DNA of 31,686 nucleotides, from IMG/VR virus record IMGVR_UViG_3300032233_002001, positions 1 through 31,686 of that record; one strand, written 5' to 3'. The position numbers were made by a program, and so were the translations under genes. Positions 18,064 through 26,042 of the stretch are shown piece by piece; positions within the stretch are counted from its first letter, which is position 1; each line of letters begins with the position of its first letter. Source of the DNA: a virus (taxonomy: Duplodnaviria; Caudoviricetes). The notes under the pieces are model-generated. The model searched no databases, was not told where the DNA came from, and saw nothing but the letters and a program-made list of their open reading frames with translations.

Positions 18064-18986
18064 TCTTCGGCTAAGCGAGCAAAATAGCTGAGAGCATCGT
18101 CATCTTCATCTTCCTGAGCAGGAGCAGAAGCACGACGAGTTGGCTTCAGGTTATTCAGTTCGTTACGAAGGTCATCATCAAGTTCCTTCACAGAACCTCT
18201 GGAATAGTCTTCCTCATCGGAAACTTCTTCATCAATTCGTGAAGAACCTTTAGAACCAAGAACATAACCAAGACGCTTCTTCAATTCATCATAAGACTTG
18301 AATTGATCGGGAGCAACAAGTTCTGCAAGAGAATACTGCTTCTTCCAGATTTCTTCAAGAGCAGCATCATCGCCATTCAGAACTGAGATTGGAGCAAATT
18401 CTGAAGAGTCATAGTTGCGATAACCTGCAACATTCTTGGCTTTCAGTTTGAAGTTTGCACCAGTCCAGAAATCAAATGGATCGATTGCTTCTTCGTCCTC
18501 ATACTCAGGTTGCATGGCAGCAGTCAGTTTGTCAAAGATTTTCTTACCATACTTAAAGAGAAAGACTTTACCTTCGTTTTCTGGATTTGCAGGGTCTTTC
18601 ACAACATAGATGTTGCTAATGTAAGCCAGCTTACGCTTTTGCTTACGGGCGATTTCTTTACCTGCATCGGTTCCGTTGTTCCAGAGTTCGGTATTCATTT
18701 CTGATACTGGATCTTTCTGTTTCAGAGTAGTCAGAGAGTTTTCGATATACCAACCGCCAGTGCCTTGAAAAGCATGGCTATAGAGTTTTACGAATGGCAG
18801 GTCTTCTCCATTAGGAGCAGGAAGAAAACGAATGACTGCATAGCCATTACCACTCTTATCACATTCAAGCTTCCAGATGCGCTCATCGGAAGAACCTGCG
18901 GAACTATTCATTTTTTCGACTTCTTTCACCAGCTTTTCGGTGAGAGAACCAAGTTTGGATTGCTTTTTAAGATTTGCGAAGCTCAT
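18060..18986 (-). CDS. gp32: Single-stranded DNA-binding protein gp32
   Basis: DKSGNGYAVIRFLPAP...WYIENSLTT...GKVFLFKYGKKIFDK...RNYDSSEF; acidic tail. Confidence 0.96.
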   Translation of the reverse strand: MSFANLKKQSKLGSLTEKLVKEVEKMNSSAGSSDERIWKLECDKSGNGYAVIRFLPAPNGEDLPFVKLYSHAFQGTGGWYIENSLTTLKQKDPVSEMNTELWNNGTDAGKEIARKQKRKLAYISNIYVVKDPANPENEGKVFLFKYGKKIFDKLTAAMQPEYEDEEAIDPFDFWTGANFKLKAKNVAGYRNYDSSEFAPISVLNGDDAALEEIWKKQYSLAELVAPDQFKSYDELKKRLGYVLGSKGSSRIDEEVSDEEDYSRGSVKELDDDLRNELNNLKPTRRASAPAQEDEDDDALSYFARLAEE

Positions 18987-19030
18987 TTAGATACCTTAGA
19001 TAGTTTTAGATTCGGGAGATTTACTTGAAC

Positions 19031-19059
19031 AGTATAGCAAGAATTGCTTGATTAGTCAA
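19031..19059 (-). promoter_or_regulatory. Sigma70-type promoter for gp32 (TTGACT-N17-TATACT, extended -10)
   Basis: -35 at 19059-19054; -10 at 19036-19031, preceded by TGC. Confidence 0.85.
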
Positions 19060-19381
19060 GGTACTTCTTGAGAGACTGTATCGTTTTCGACATATTATTG
19101 AACAAGATATTCATATCAGTGTCTGGGGCAAACCCCATCAGAGAAACTGATTTCTTCAGGTTCTCTTTCATTACAAGAGCGTCTGGATCATCAGACAAAG
19201 AAAGTCTTGTGTACATGATTTTCTGCTTTTCTAGCAGTTCAGTCATTTTGTCAATATGGTCCAATTTATCTTCACGGGACATCGCACCAAAAGTTAGAAT
19301 ACTTCCATAAAGAAATTCCTGAAGTTCATTAATTTCACGAAGTTCTTGTTGAATGAATTCTGAATCAAAAAATTTACTCAT
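19052..19381 (-). CDS. Conserved cyanophage protein (DUF1825-like)
   Basis: FFDSEFIQQE...LLEKQKIMYTRLSLSDDPDA. Confidence 0.7.
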   Translation of the reverse strand: MSKFFDSEFIQQELREINELQEFLYGSILTFGAMSREDKLDHIDKMTELLEKQKIMYTRLSLSDDPDALVMKENLKKSVSLMGFAPDTDMNILFNNMSKTIQSLKKYLD

Positions 19382-19964
19382 AAATTAATTCCCTTAGAAT
19401 TTTTTTAAATTGGGACATATTTATATTTAGAAAAGGACTGTACTTGTTAATTTTCAAACTTACGGTTTCCCATATAGGGTCTTTGAGTTTGTCGTCAAAC
19501 CTCTTCCCGAACCCGAATATTCTAGCATAGATTGTCAAGGTCTCGATGGAGAGGTTGCCGCTCAGGAAACGCTTTAAAACTGGAGGATGGCCTTTGGAAC
19601 AATTCAAGGCATCTTCTAATTTTGTTTCTGAAAAGAATTCGTTGCTTTGTTCTTTGAACAAGTAAGTCAAACTCTGTTGCCTTTTCATCCACTCTGCGTA
19701 GGTTCTTTCTCCAGAATTGATAATTTCTCCAATCCATAAATTACTGGGTGTATCAGTTGCTACGAAGTTTGATACTAAGAAATCTACAATTTCTTTATCT
19801 GAATATTTGCGACTGGTCTTTTCAAACCAGTATTTGTCTTTGCGACGATTAAAAGAGCTGACTGTAGCTCTGATTTTACCATTATACTTAAAAAAGTCAT
19901 ATTTACTATTTGTAAAATGACTTTTCATCGAAAGATAGGTTGTATAAGTTTCAAATGGACTCAT
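19374..19964 (-). CDS. gp59: Helicase loader gp59
   Basis: YLSMKSHFT..KYDFFKYNGK...KDKYWFEK...KYSPFL. Confidence 0.88.
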   Translation of the reverse strand: MSPFETYTTYLSMKSHFTNSKYDFFKYNGKIRATVSSFNRRKDKYWFEKTSRKYSDKEIVDFLVSNFVATDTPSNLWIGEIINSGERTYAEWMKRQQSLTYLFKEQSNEFFSETKLEDALNCSKGHPPVLKRFLSGNLSIETLTIYARIFGFGKRFDDKLKDPIWETVSLKINKYSPFLNINMSQFKKILRELIYE

Positions 19965-20221
19965 ATAGGAAGTTTAGCCTTTGAAGTTTTCTTCATGAAA
20001 TTGAGATTAATCGCATCATTCTTCAACCTCTCCTTAAGAGGTTTTGAAATGAGCTTTGTAATTGATTCCACTTCAAGACTATTCAATTCACAATAATGTA
20101 CGATGGCATCAATATAATTCATGCCTTCGGAAATTACAATATTCTCAATCTCCAAAGCAAACTTTGAAGGTGTTAGAAACTTATTTTCAATTACCCGTTC
20201 CAGTTCTTTATTTGGTTCCAT
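19961..20221 (-). CDS. gp33: Late transcription coactivator gp33 (start at MEPNKEL)
   Basis: FALEIE...NYIDAIVHYCE...ISKPLKERLK.DA..LN; start revised from the track's 20326. Confidence 0.88.
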   Translation of the reverse strand: MEPNKELERVIENKFLTPSKFALEIENIVISEGMNYIDAIVHYCELNSLEVESITKLISKPLKERLKNDAINLNFMKKTSKAKLPI

Positions 20222-20945
20222 ATAATTCCATTTTATCTCTAACAAACTCTCTAATGTATTCGGTGAGGAGTTTGATGTACTTTGTTTTGTCTCTTTCTTC
20301 ATAAATGACGCATTCTCCATTTTCACAAGCCATTAAAATTACAAGTTTTTTCACAGGGATTTCAGTCATTTCGTAGAACATGCAGGCATAAGCTGCTGCT
20401 TGAACGAAATAATGTTCAATCCATTCTCTAGGTTTTGGTTTTTTTGATGTTTTGAAGTCAATAACTGCCAGTTCACCATCAAACTCTGCAATAGCGTCAA
20501 CTGTTCCAGCAACTCCAAGCACTTTGCTGTAAAGGGATGATTCGAGAGCATGAATATTATTTATCTTATCTAATTCAGGCTTAGCAATTTTAAATAGATA
20601 TTCGGATAATGGTTGAACCTTAGGCAGTTCTTCATTTTTTAAATGATGCTCTACAAGGCTATGCATATCAGTACCACGACTGGTTGCTTGTCTAGTAATT
20701 TTGTCTGCTTCTGCCTCACCGACTTTTTTGCGCCACTTGGAAAAAAAGTTGCGATTTTTATGACTTGTGACAGAAGTAATTGAAACTAATTTGAGAAGTT
20801 CATTCTCATCTTTAATTGTATAATATCTTACACCATCAATAGTCTCACGTTCCAGTTTAGGAATTTCAATATCGACATGTTTAAATTTTCTAACTGTATT
20901 AGAACCATGAAGTTCATTATATTTTTCAATTAGGGGATTTGTCAT
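20208..20945 (-). CDS. PD-(D/E)XK exonuclease (cyanophage exonuclease, RecB/Cas4-like)
   Basis: SITSVTS...RGTDMH...AGTVDAIAEFDGELAVIDFKTS...QAAAY. Confidence 0.85.
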   Translation of the reverse strand: MTNPLIEKYNELHGSNTVRKFKHVDIEIPKLERETIDGVRYYTIKDENELLKLVSITSVTSHKNRNFFSKWRKKVGEAEADKITRQATSRGTDMHSLVEHHLKNEELPKVQPLSEYLFKIAKPELDKINNIHALESSLYSKVLGVAGTVDAIAEFDGELAVIDFKTSKKPKPREWIEHYFVQAAAYACMFYEMTEIPVKKLVILMACENGECVIYEERDKTKYIKLLTEYIREFVRDKMELYGTK

Positions 20946-21055
20946 TAAAACCTCACTCTACCTTTATTATAACCGATTGGTATTTGTTCGTCAATAGGCA
21001 CCAATTTTTCATCAATACCATCATTAACCCATATTCTTTTAGGTTGAACATTAAA
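20945..21055 (-). pseudogene. Probable C-terminal remnant of a homing endonuclease gene
   Basis: Start-less frame FNVQPKRIWVNDGIDEKLVPIDEQIPIGYNKGRVRF*; its stop overlaps the exonuclease ATG (TAATG). Confidence 0.55.
20966..20994 (-). promoter_or_regulatory. Sigma70-type promoter for the exonuclease (TTGACG-N17-TATAAT)
   Basis: -35 at 20994-20989; -10 at 20971-20966; GAGG RBS follows. Confidence 0.85.
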
Positions 21056-21811
21056 TTAAAGATTTAGTGTTTCTTTAGCGATAAGAAATTCTCTAACAAG
21101 ACCAGAACGAACGATGTCCTCAATACCAAACTCAATTATATCAAAAGATGGCATAGCACGAAGTATTTTCATAAAATCAATAATACCATTACGTTCATTC
21201 GTTTTAATTAAATCTGATTGAGTTGCATCGCCACAAAACATTATTTTACAATTTTCACCAACACGAGTAATAATAGAACAAAGCTCATGAAAATTTGCGT
21301 TTTGGAACTCATCTACTATAACAATACAATTATCAAGAGTTGTTCCACGAAGAAACGATGTGCTCCAGAATTTAATTGTTTCTTGAGACTTAAGATTTCC
21401 ATAAAGCATTTCAAAGTCTGCATCAGAAGGCATCTGGAACATATACTTTACCATATTCTTATATGGAATTTGGTAAATATCTGCCTTATCATCATGAGTT
21501 CCTGGAAGAAATCCAATCTCCCGAGTTGCGACTAAAGAACGAACAAGATATACTTTTTCATAAGGACTTCTTTCATCTAAAACCTCCCTGATAGCATTAT
21601 AGAGAGTAATAAATGTCTTACCAGTTCCAGAGCAACCATAAGCAACAAGATGTTTTTGAGAAGCATATGATTCAAAAAGTTTTCTTTGGTTATCTGTAAG
21701 AGGTTCTATATCTACAAGATATTCAGAACTTAAGGGTTTTTTGCGCTTAGTTTGACGGGTTGTCAAACCAACTCCGATTGGTTGGTCATTCGTCCTTTTT
21801 CTTCTTGCCAT
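21056..21811 (-). CDS. phoH: PhoH-family ATPase
   Basis: GCSGTGKT P-loop, IGFLPG, FLRGTTL, VDEFQN, CGDATQSD, DIVRSGLV. Confidence 0.95.
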   Translation of the reverse strand: MARRKRTNDQPIGVGLTTRQTKRKKPLSSEYLVDIEPLTDNQRKLFESYASQKHLVAYGCSGTGKTFITLYNAIREVLDERSPYEKVYLVRSLVATREIGFLPGTHDDKADIYQIPYKNMVKYMFQMPSDADFEMLYGNLKSQETIKFWSTSFLRGTTLDNCIVIVDEFQNANFHELCSIITRVGENCKIMFCGDATQSDLIKTNERNGIIDFMKILRAMPSFDIIEFGIEDIVRSGLVREFLIAKETLNL

Positions 21812-21812
21812 A

Positions 21813-22052
21813 TTAGAGTTTTTTTACTTGTGAACCGGGCATTTTGCTAGCACGATCTAGAATTGTATTCCAAGAAGGATGCTTAGAGGTTAATTTATTT
21901 CTCCATTCACCGACTTCGCCAACATTCATTTGTGTTGGAATAAGAGGTTTGAGATGGGGATTTTCTTTGAGATATGGTTCTTTATCTGCCATAAGCATCC
22001 ATTTCTCAAAGATTTCCCCAGTTTCTGTATTTTCAAAGCGATAAGTCGGCAA
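21813..22052 (-). CDS. Conserved small phage protein (MPTY..., FmdB-like N-terminus), TTG start
   Basis: MPTYRFENTETGEIFE; upstream GGAG RBS; abuts phoH. Confidence 0.7.
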   Translation of the reverse strand: MPTYRFENTETGEIFEKWMLMADKEPYLKENPHLKPLIPTQMNVGEVGEWRNKLTSKHPSWNTILDRASKMPGSQVKKL

Positions 22053-22083
22053 AATTATAACTCCAATTCAGTAATTTTATTTA

Positions 22084-22836
22084 TCAAGGACTTAGACGTG
22101 CCTTATGTAGACGCTTTTCTTCATAATAAGACCAAATATGAGGTGCCCATCTTTCTAAATGAGGAGCAAGTTGTTCACATAATGCCTGAATTTCAAGTTG
22201 TGCATCCAGCTTGGCTCTTAGATCCATAATGTGAAGAATAGAACGAAGATTACAAGAAAGAACAAAATTCTGACGAATTGCCTGAGGAAGATAGTCACGA
22301 ATATGCTCTTCACACATACCTTTCTCATACTTAGAAGCATAACGCTTACATGCTTCATAAATGAAATCAAGTTCATCATTATAATCTTCCTGTGTCCAAT
22401 CATACTTTTTGCCAGTGCGATTGACATAAAATCCTGGAGGACGGACATAAAAAACATCTTCAGGATTTAATTCTCCACTTGCAACCTTAACAACCCGCTT
22501 TCCAGTATATCGCTGTGATTGCACATCAAAGCTCACACCCACTCTATGCGTCCTTGCTTGCACCATTACGCTATGAACATACCCAGACACCGAAAAACTA
22601 ATTGCGGGGTGTTCTAGAGGCCCCCAGTGGCCTCTCTCGTTGCTAAGGAGTTGATCAACAACCCACTTTCCACATTCAGATGGAGACGGAATTTTTTGAG
22701 TATGAATTGGCGTCTCTGAGTAATCGCATTTTGCTGCTTGATAAACGATTTGCTCTGGAACAGCATAGCACTGAAGCATTACAACTTCAAGTTTCTTATC
22801 AAGTTCAATAAGATCTTTTGCTTTAATAGGTTTCAT
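22084..22836 (-). CDS. thyX: FAD-dependent thymidylate synthase
   Basis: GHWGPLEH, QARTHRVGVSFDVQSQRY, NLRSILH..DLR...AQLEIQ. Confidence 0.92.
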   Translation of the reverse strand: MKPIKAKDLIELDKKLEVVMLQCYAVPEQIVYQAAKCDYSETPIHTQKIPSPSECGKWVVDQLLSNERGHWGPLEHPAISFSVSGYVHSVMVQARTHRVGVSFDVQSQRYTGKRVVKVASGELNPEDVFYVRPPGFYVNRTGKKYDWTQEDYNDELDFIYEACKRYASKYEKGMCEEHIRDYLPQAIRQNFVLSCNLRSILHIMDLRAKLDAQLEIQALCEQLAPHLERWAPHIWSYYEEKRLHKARLSP

Positions 22837-23000
22837 TTCTTTCCAAATCCTTTTGACGTTTTTACCTCAATTTCAGCAAGTTCCTCTTTAAGAACTCGCA
22901 GTTGTTTTTTCATTTCTCTCAACTGTTCATCACTGTATAAGTGGTCTTGTTTGAGAAGTCTTTCAAGAAGTTTTAGAAGCTCTTTTCCTCTAGTAGTCAT
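22833..23000 (-). CDS. Small hypothetical protein (55 aa; not in track)
   Basis: MTTRGKELLKLLERLLKQDHLYSDEQLREMKKQLRVLKEELAEIEVKTSKGFGKK; ATGA overlap with thyX. Confidence 0.75.
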   Translation of the reverse strand: MTTRGKELLKLLERLLKQDHLYSDEQLREMKKQLRVLKEELAEIEVKTSKGFGKK

Positions 23001-23157
23001 TTAAATTACTATCATCAATAATTTCATCGTAGTCCAAGTCCATAGGTTTAATATCATCATACTTATATGATGGAATATCAGAATAAACCTCAGCTTTAAG
23101 TGAATCAACTAATAATTCTAAGTTTCTAATAATTAGTTTAAGTTTGTCTTTGTCCAT
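22990..23157 (-). CDS. Small acidic hypothetical protein (55 aa; not in track)
   Basis: MDKDKLKLIIRNLELLVDSLKAEVYSD...DYDEIIDD; directly downstream of a sigma70 promoter. Confidence 0.75.
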   Translation of the reverse strand: MDKDKLKLIIRNLELLVDSLKAEVYSDIPSYKYDDIKPMDLDYDEIIDDSNLNDY

Positions 23158-23178
23158 TTTTTTACGATTTACAGAAAC

Positions 23179-23207
23179 ATTCTACACAAAAAAAGGGGGA
23201 AAGTCAA
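23179..23207 (-). promoter_or_regulatory. Sigma70-type promoter (TTGACT-N17-TAGAAT) embedded in a terminator
   Basis: -35 at 23207-23202 lies in the hairpin loop; -10 at 23184-23179. Confidence 0.75.
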
Positions 23208-23215
23208 TCCCCCCT
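23188..23215 (-). terminator. Rho-independent terminator
   Basis: GGGGGA-TTGACTT-TCCCCC followed by T7, just after the peptide ORF stop. Confidence 0.88.
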
Positions 23216-23220
23216 GTCGG

Positions 23221-23322
23221 TCATGCAACTTGCGATTGCTTTGCCATATTTAATTGAGCATCTTTAAGAAGTTTTTCTTTTTTTGCTTTGATTTTTAAAT
23301 AACGAACAAAATGAGTTTTCAT
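23221..23322 (-). CDS. 33-aa basic peptide downstream of the riboswitch-like RNA (not in track)
   Basis: GGAGG RBS 8 nt before ATG; MKTHFVRYLKIKAKKEKLLKDAQLNMAKQSQVA. Confidence 0.75.
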   Translation of the reverse strand: MKTHFVRYLKIKAKKEKLLKDAQLNMAKQSQVA

Positions 23323-23355
23323 TTGATTTTCCTCCAGAATGAGATGTTTGAATCC

Positions 23356-23441
23356 CGTTCCTTCGGGCGGGTTGCGTTCGCTATTTGCGAATAGCGAATG
23401 AACGTCCCAGACCTACTTGCGTCCTTATAAAAGGATGAACG
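23356..23441 (-). ncRNA. Tandem glutamine-riboswitch-like aptamers (glnA/Downstream-peptide class)
   Basis: CGTTCA-hairpin-CGCAA...GG(G/A)ACG occurs twice: CGTTCA TCCTT-TTAT-AAGGA CGCAAGTAGGTCTGGGACG and CGTTCA TTCGCTATT-CGCA-AATAGCGAA CGCAACCCGCCCGAAGGAACG. Confidence 0.75.
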
Positions 23442-23448
23442 TGAGGGT

Positions 23449-23477
23449 ATTGTACCCCATACCTCTTATATAGTCAA
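23449..23477 (-). promoter_or_regulatory. Sigma70-type promoter (TTGACT-N17-TACAAT) driving the riboswitch-peptide unit
   Basis: -35 at 23477-23472; -10 at 23454-23449; predicted +1 near 23442. Confidence 0.82.
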
Positions 23478-23480
23478 GCT

Positions 23481-23837
23481 TTATTTTCTTTTCTTCTTTT
23501 CTGGAGCCTTGTAGCCCCACATTTTAGGATTGTGTTTTCCACATCCAAAATCAATACTCTTCAAATCTCCACGAAACTTATCCCAATACATATCAAATAA
23601 ACGAGTTTTTGTCCCTCTAGTAAGATCAAATTGAACTTCACCATCCATAATATACTTAACGATATAAGCATCACTTGGAACTTCAGTAGTAGACACTTCA
23701 GAATAAGAGGCATTTTGCATCATTATCTCACACCCATAGCGAGACTTGCAAGTTTCTTTTTCTGCTGATGTCCACGTTTCCATACGATTCTCTTTTTCTA
23801 AAGTCTTTTCAGACATTTCTTTAGTTTTATTTGCCAT
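23481..23837 (-). CDS. Conserved hypothetical phage protein (118 aa)
   Basis: GGAG RBS; packs into the operon; VPSDAYIVKY...LFDMYWDK...NPKMWG. Confidence 0.75.
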   Translation of the reverse strand: MANKTKEMSEKTLEKENRMETWTSAEKETCKSRYGCEIMMQNASYSEVSTTEVPSDAYIVKYIMDGEVQFDLTRGTKTRLFDMYWDKFRGDLKSIDFGCGKHNPKMWGYKAPEKKKRK

Positions 23838-23858
23838 GATCTAAACTCCAAGTTATAA

Positions 23859-24482
23859 TTATGAGCGACCACCCCACTGAATATCAGGATATGCCTCAGC
23901 AATAATTTCTTTAGTAAGTTTGTATTTGGTTTGCAATTTCTTATCTTTTGTAAGAATCAAAATTTCTGCCTCAAGTGGATGAAGTCCTTGAAGAATATTG
24001 ATAAACATCGTTTCTCTACGAAGAGAACTCAGTCCATCATTTCCACCTTTTACAAAATTATAAAATCTTTGGTACTCTTTACGAAGAGAAGCTCTACCTT
24101 GATCCTGTGAACCAAGGGAATTAGAACCTAGCTCTTGCATTTTGGATACAGCATCTTCAATTTTTTCACCTAGAGTTCCAGAAAGTGAATTCTGTTCATC
24201 AAGGCCAGCATAAGGAACATCCCCAGGAGGTAGTGCAGAAATTACACTCTCATCATAATTCCAGATAAACAGTGATTTCAAACAAGGGTGTTCGTATTTT
24301 TTAAGTGCTTCTACTTTTTTAGCATTTGTCCGTTGCTTACAAACTAAATTCAAAATCTCAAATACAAATGGATTTGCAGGAAGATCTGGAATTGCCACAT
24401 CAACTGTCTTTGGTTTTGATGTAGATTTTTTTGCAATTTTAGCAGTTGGTGATTTTTTAATCACAGTCGTTTCTGAAGTCAT
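23859..24482 (-). CDS. Conserved hypothetical T4-like phage protein (207 aa)
   Basis: LPPGDVPY...FVKGGN..LSSLRRETMFINILQGLHPLEAEIL...KDKKL. Confidence 0.8.
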   Translation of the reverse strand: MTSETTVIKKSPTAKIAKKSTSKPKTVDVAIPDLPANPFVFEILNLVCKQRTNAKKVEALKKYEHPCLKSLFIWNYDESVISALPPGDVPYAGLDEQNSLSGTLGEKIEDAVSKMQELGSNSLGSQDQGRASLRKEYQRFYNFVKGGNDGLSSLRRETMFINILQGLHPLEAEILILTKDKKLQTKYKLTKEIIAEAYPDIQWGGRS

Positions 24483-24523
24483 AAAAATTTAAAATAATGT
24501 TTTCTATAAGTTAATTTATAATA

Positions 24524-24757
24524 CTATTTGACATCATCTTCTTCATCGTCATCATCATCAAAAAATCCTTCTTGAAAAGTTACAGCAACCACTTCATCTG
24601 GAATTACATTACCATGTTGATCAAAAAACTCAGGATGTAATTTTGGCTTATCTTGATAATTCATCAAATATTCTCTGGATGTCCATCCAAGCATAAGACC
24701 AACAACAAAGAATAGAAGTATAATAAAGGAACCAAAAACTAAACTGATTGCTAACAT
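24524..24757 (-). CDS. Small membrane protein with acidic tail (77 aa)
   Basis: N-terminal hydrophobic helix; HPEFFDQHGNVIPDE; GGAG RBS. Confidence 0.75.
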   Translation of the reverse strand: MLAISLVFGSFIILLFFVVGLMLGWTSREYLMNYQDKPKLHPEFFDQHGNVIPDEVVAVTFQEGFFDDDDDEEDDVK

Positions 24758-24775
24758 TTTTTTTCTCCGGGGAAA

Positions 24776-24955
24776 CTACTTTTTCCTTATGGAAAAGGAA
24801 AATTCAAAATAAATGGATACTTCCCGTTTGAGAAAGCATACCATCTTTTCAAAAATGATATGGAAAGGATAGGTTTGCTTTCGTTTTCCTCCATATAAAA
24901 GTACTTCAATACCACGATTTCTATGGTCTGAAGTATTTATGTTTTTTTCAGACAA
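24776..24955 (-). CDS. Small hypothetical protein (59 aa, TTG start; not in track)
   Basis: Open frame (L/M)SEKNINTSDHRNRGIEVLLYGGKRKQTYPF...SIRKK fills the gap and overlaps the glutaredoxin end. Confidence 0.55.
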   Translation of the reverse strand: MSEKNINTSDHRNRGIEVLLYGGKRKQTYPFHIIFEKMVCFLKREVSIYFEFSFSIRKK

Positions 24956-25184
24956 TTTGTTGCTCTTTCAAAAATTTAATTGTATCCATACAACCTCCAA
25001 GTCTTTTATCATCACAAATAACTTGAGGAAATGTTGCTCCAGAACCAAATTCAGAAATGAATTCTTCTCTGGTAAAGTCTTCTCCTAGATTATACACCAC
25101 AAAGTTACTTCCTGTCAAATCTAAAACTTGTTTGACCTTGTAGCAGTAGGGGCATTCTGATTTTGAATAAACTGTAAAATTCAT
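24948..25184 (-). CDS. nrdC: Glutaredoxin
   Basis: CPYC active site, TFPQV, LGGC; extended -10 TGATATAAT upstream. Confidence 0.93.
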   Translation of the reverse strand: MNFTVYSKSECPYCYKVKQVLDLTGSNFVVYNLGEDFTREEFISEFGSGATFPQVICDDKRLGGCMDTIKFLKEQQIV

Positions 25185-25244
25185 TTTAAGTCTTTATAAA
25201 TGTTTAATATATTATATCATATTTTTGGTTTTATGAGGAAATGA

Positions 25245-26042
25245 TTAAAACCCCATATGTTTCTGTCTAACAAAATTTAAATCATAAGAAGTATAAGAAA
25301 TCGGAATATTAGGATTGTCAAAAGGATGTTTTGTCGGCCAAGAAGTTCTCCAATACTCTCCCCATTTTTTTGTAAGATATTCAATATTCACTTCATTTGA
25401 ATATTCCAATTTTTTCCACAAATCATCACTACTTCTTTTAATTTGTGCTCCAGAAATATAATAATCTTTTCCTGACCCAAATCCGTGTTTGTACATAGAA
25501 GGCTCATCAGAATTCTCAACTAAGAATTTCTTTTTAATTGGATTATGTATAAGTCGCATAATATAATCGCAATCTTCACAGTAGGCTGGATAAAGATTTT
25601 CATCAAATAGTCCATACTTTTGAATCACCCAGTCTTTAATTAAAAAGAGTTCCCAACTACCTAAATCAAAACTACCAGAACTACCATGAACTATACCAAC
25701 TTCCGAATCTAAAGCATAATTATACATTTTTTCAAGGGCTCCAGATTCAAAAGCAACATCATCATTTACGATGATCCAATAGGGTAAATTCATATAACAT
25801 TTAATAATCAAATTCCAAGCTCCTGAACAACCAATATTTGATGGCAAATGGCAAACACTGATTTTTTTAATCATCTTATGATTTATTTTGGTGAGAGCAT
25901 TTAGTTCTTCCTCTAATTCTCCTCTACCATTATTATTGAAAATTACAAATTCATCAACTGAAAAATCAACACTGTAAATTAATCTACTCACCCAAAAAGC
26001 AGAAGTTACTACTGCGGTTCCAATTAGCGGAATACTATTCAT
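25245..26042 (-). CDS. Glycosyltransferase family 2 (GT-A)
   Basis: NIGCSGAWN...IIVNDDV...GLFDENLYPAYCEDCDY. Confidence 0.8.
   Translation of the reverse strand: MNSIPLIGTAVVTSAFWVSRLIYSVDFSVDEFVIFNNNGRGELEEELNALTKINHKMIKKISVCHLPSNIGCSGAWNLIIKCYMNLPYWIIVNDDVAFESGALEKMYNYALDSEVGIVHGSSGSFDLGSWELFLIKDWVIQKYGLFDENLYPAYCEDCDYIMRLIHNPIKKKFLVENSDEPSMYKHGFGSGKDYYISGAQIKRSSDDLWKKLEYSNEVNIEYLTKKWGEYWRTSWPTKHPFDNPNIPISYTSYDLNFVRQKHMGF

Noticed and set aside
19961-20326. Track's extended starts for gp33 (20326), the GT25 gene (27428) and the 29863 ORF (30333)
   Set aside because: They overlap upstream genes; downstream ATGs at 20221, 27410 and 30270 fit operon packing better.
20208-20945. Cas4-like nuclease as evidence of a CRISPR system
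   Set aside because: No array or other cas genes in the window, no clear four-Cys Fe-S set, and it occupies the usual cyanophage exonuclease position.
20953-21051. 32-aa ATG ORF (MFNLKEYG...) between phoH and the exonuclease
   Set aside because: No RBS or motif; the overlapping start-less frame has the recognisable motif and the TAATG coupling.
23340-23445. GC-rich hairpins as a tRNA or terminator
   Set aside because: No cloverleaf or T-loop and no U-tract; the duplicated CGTTCA...ACG architecture fits glutamine aptamers better.
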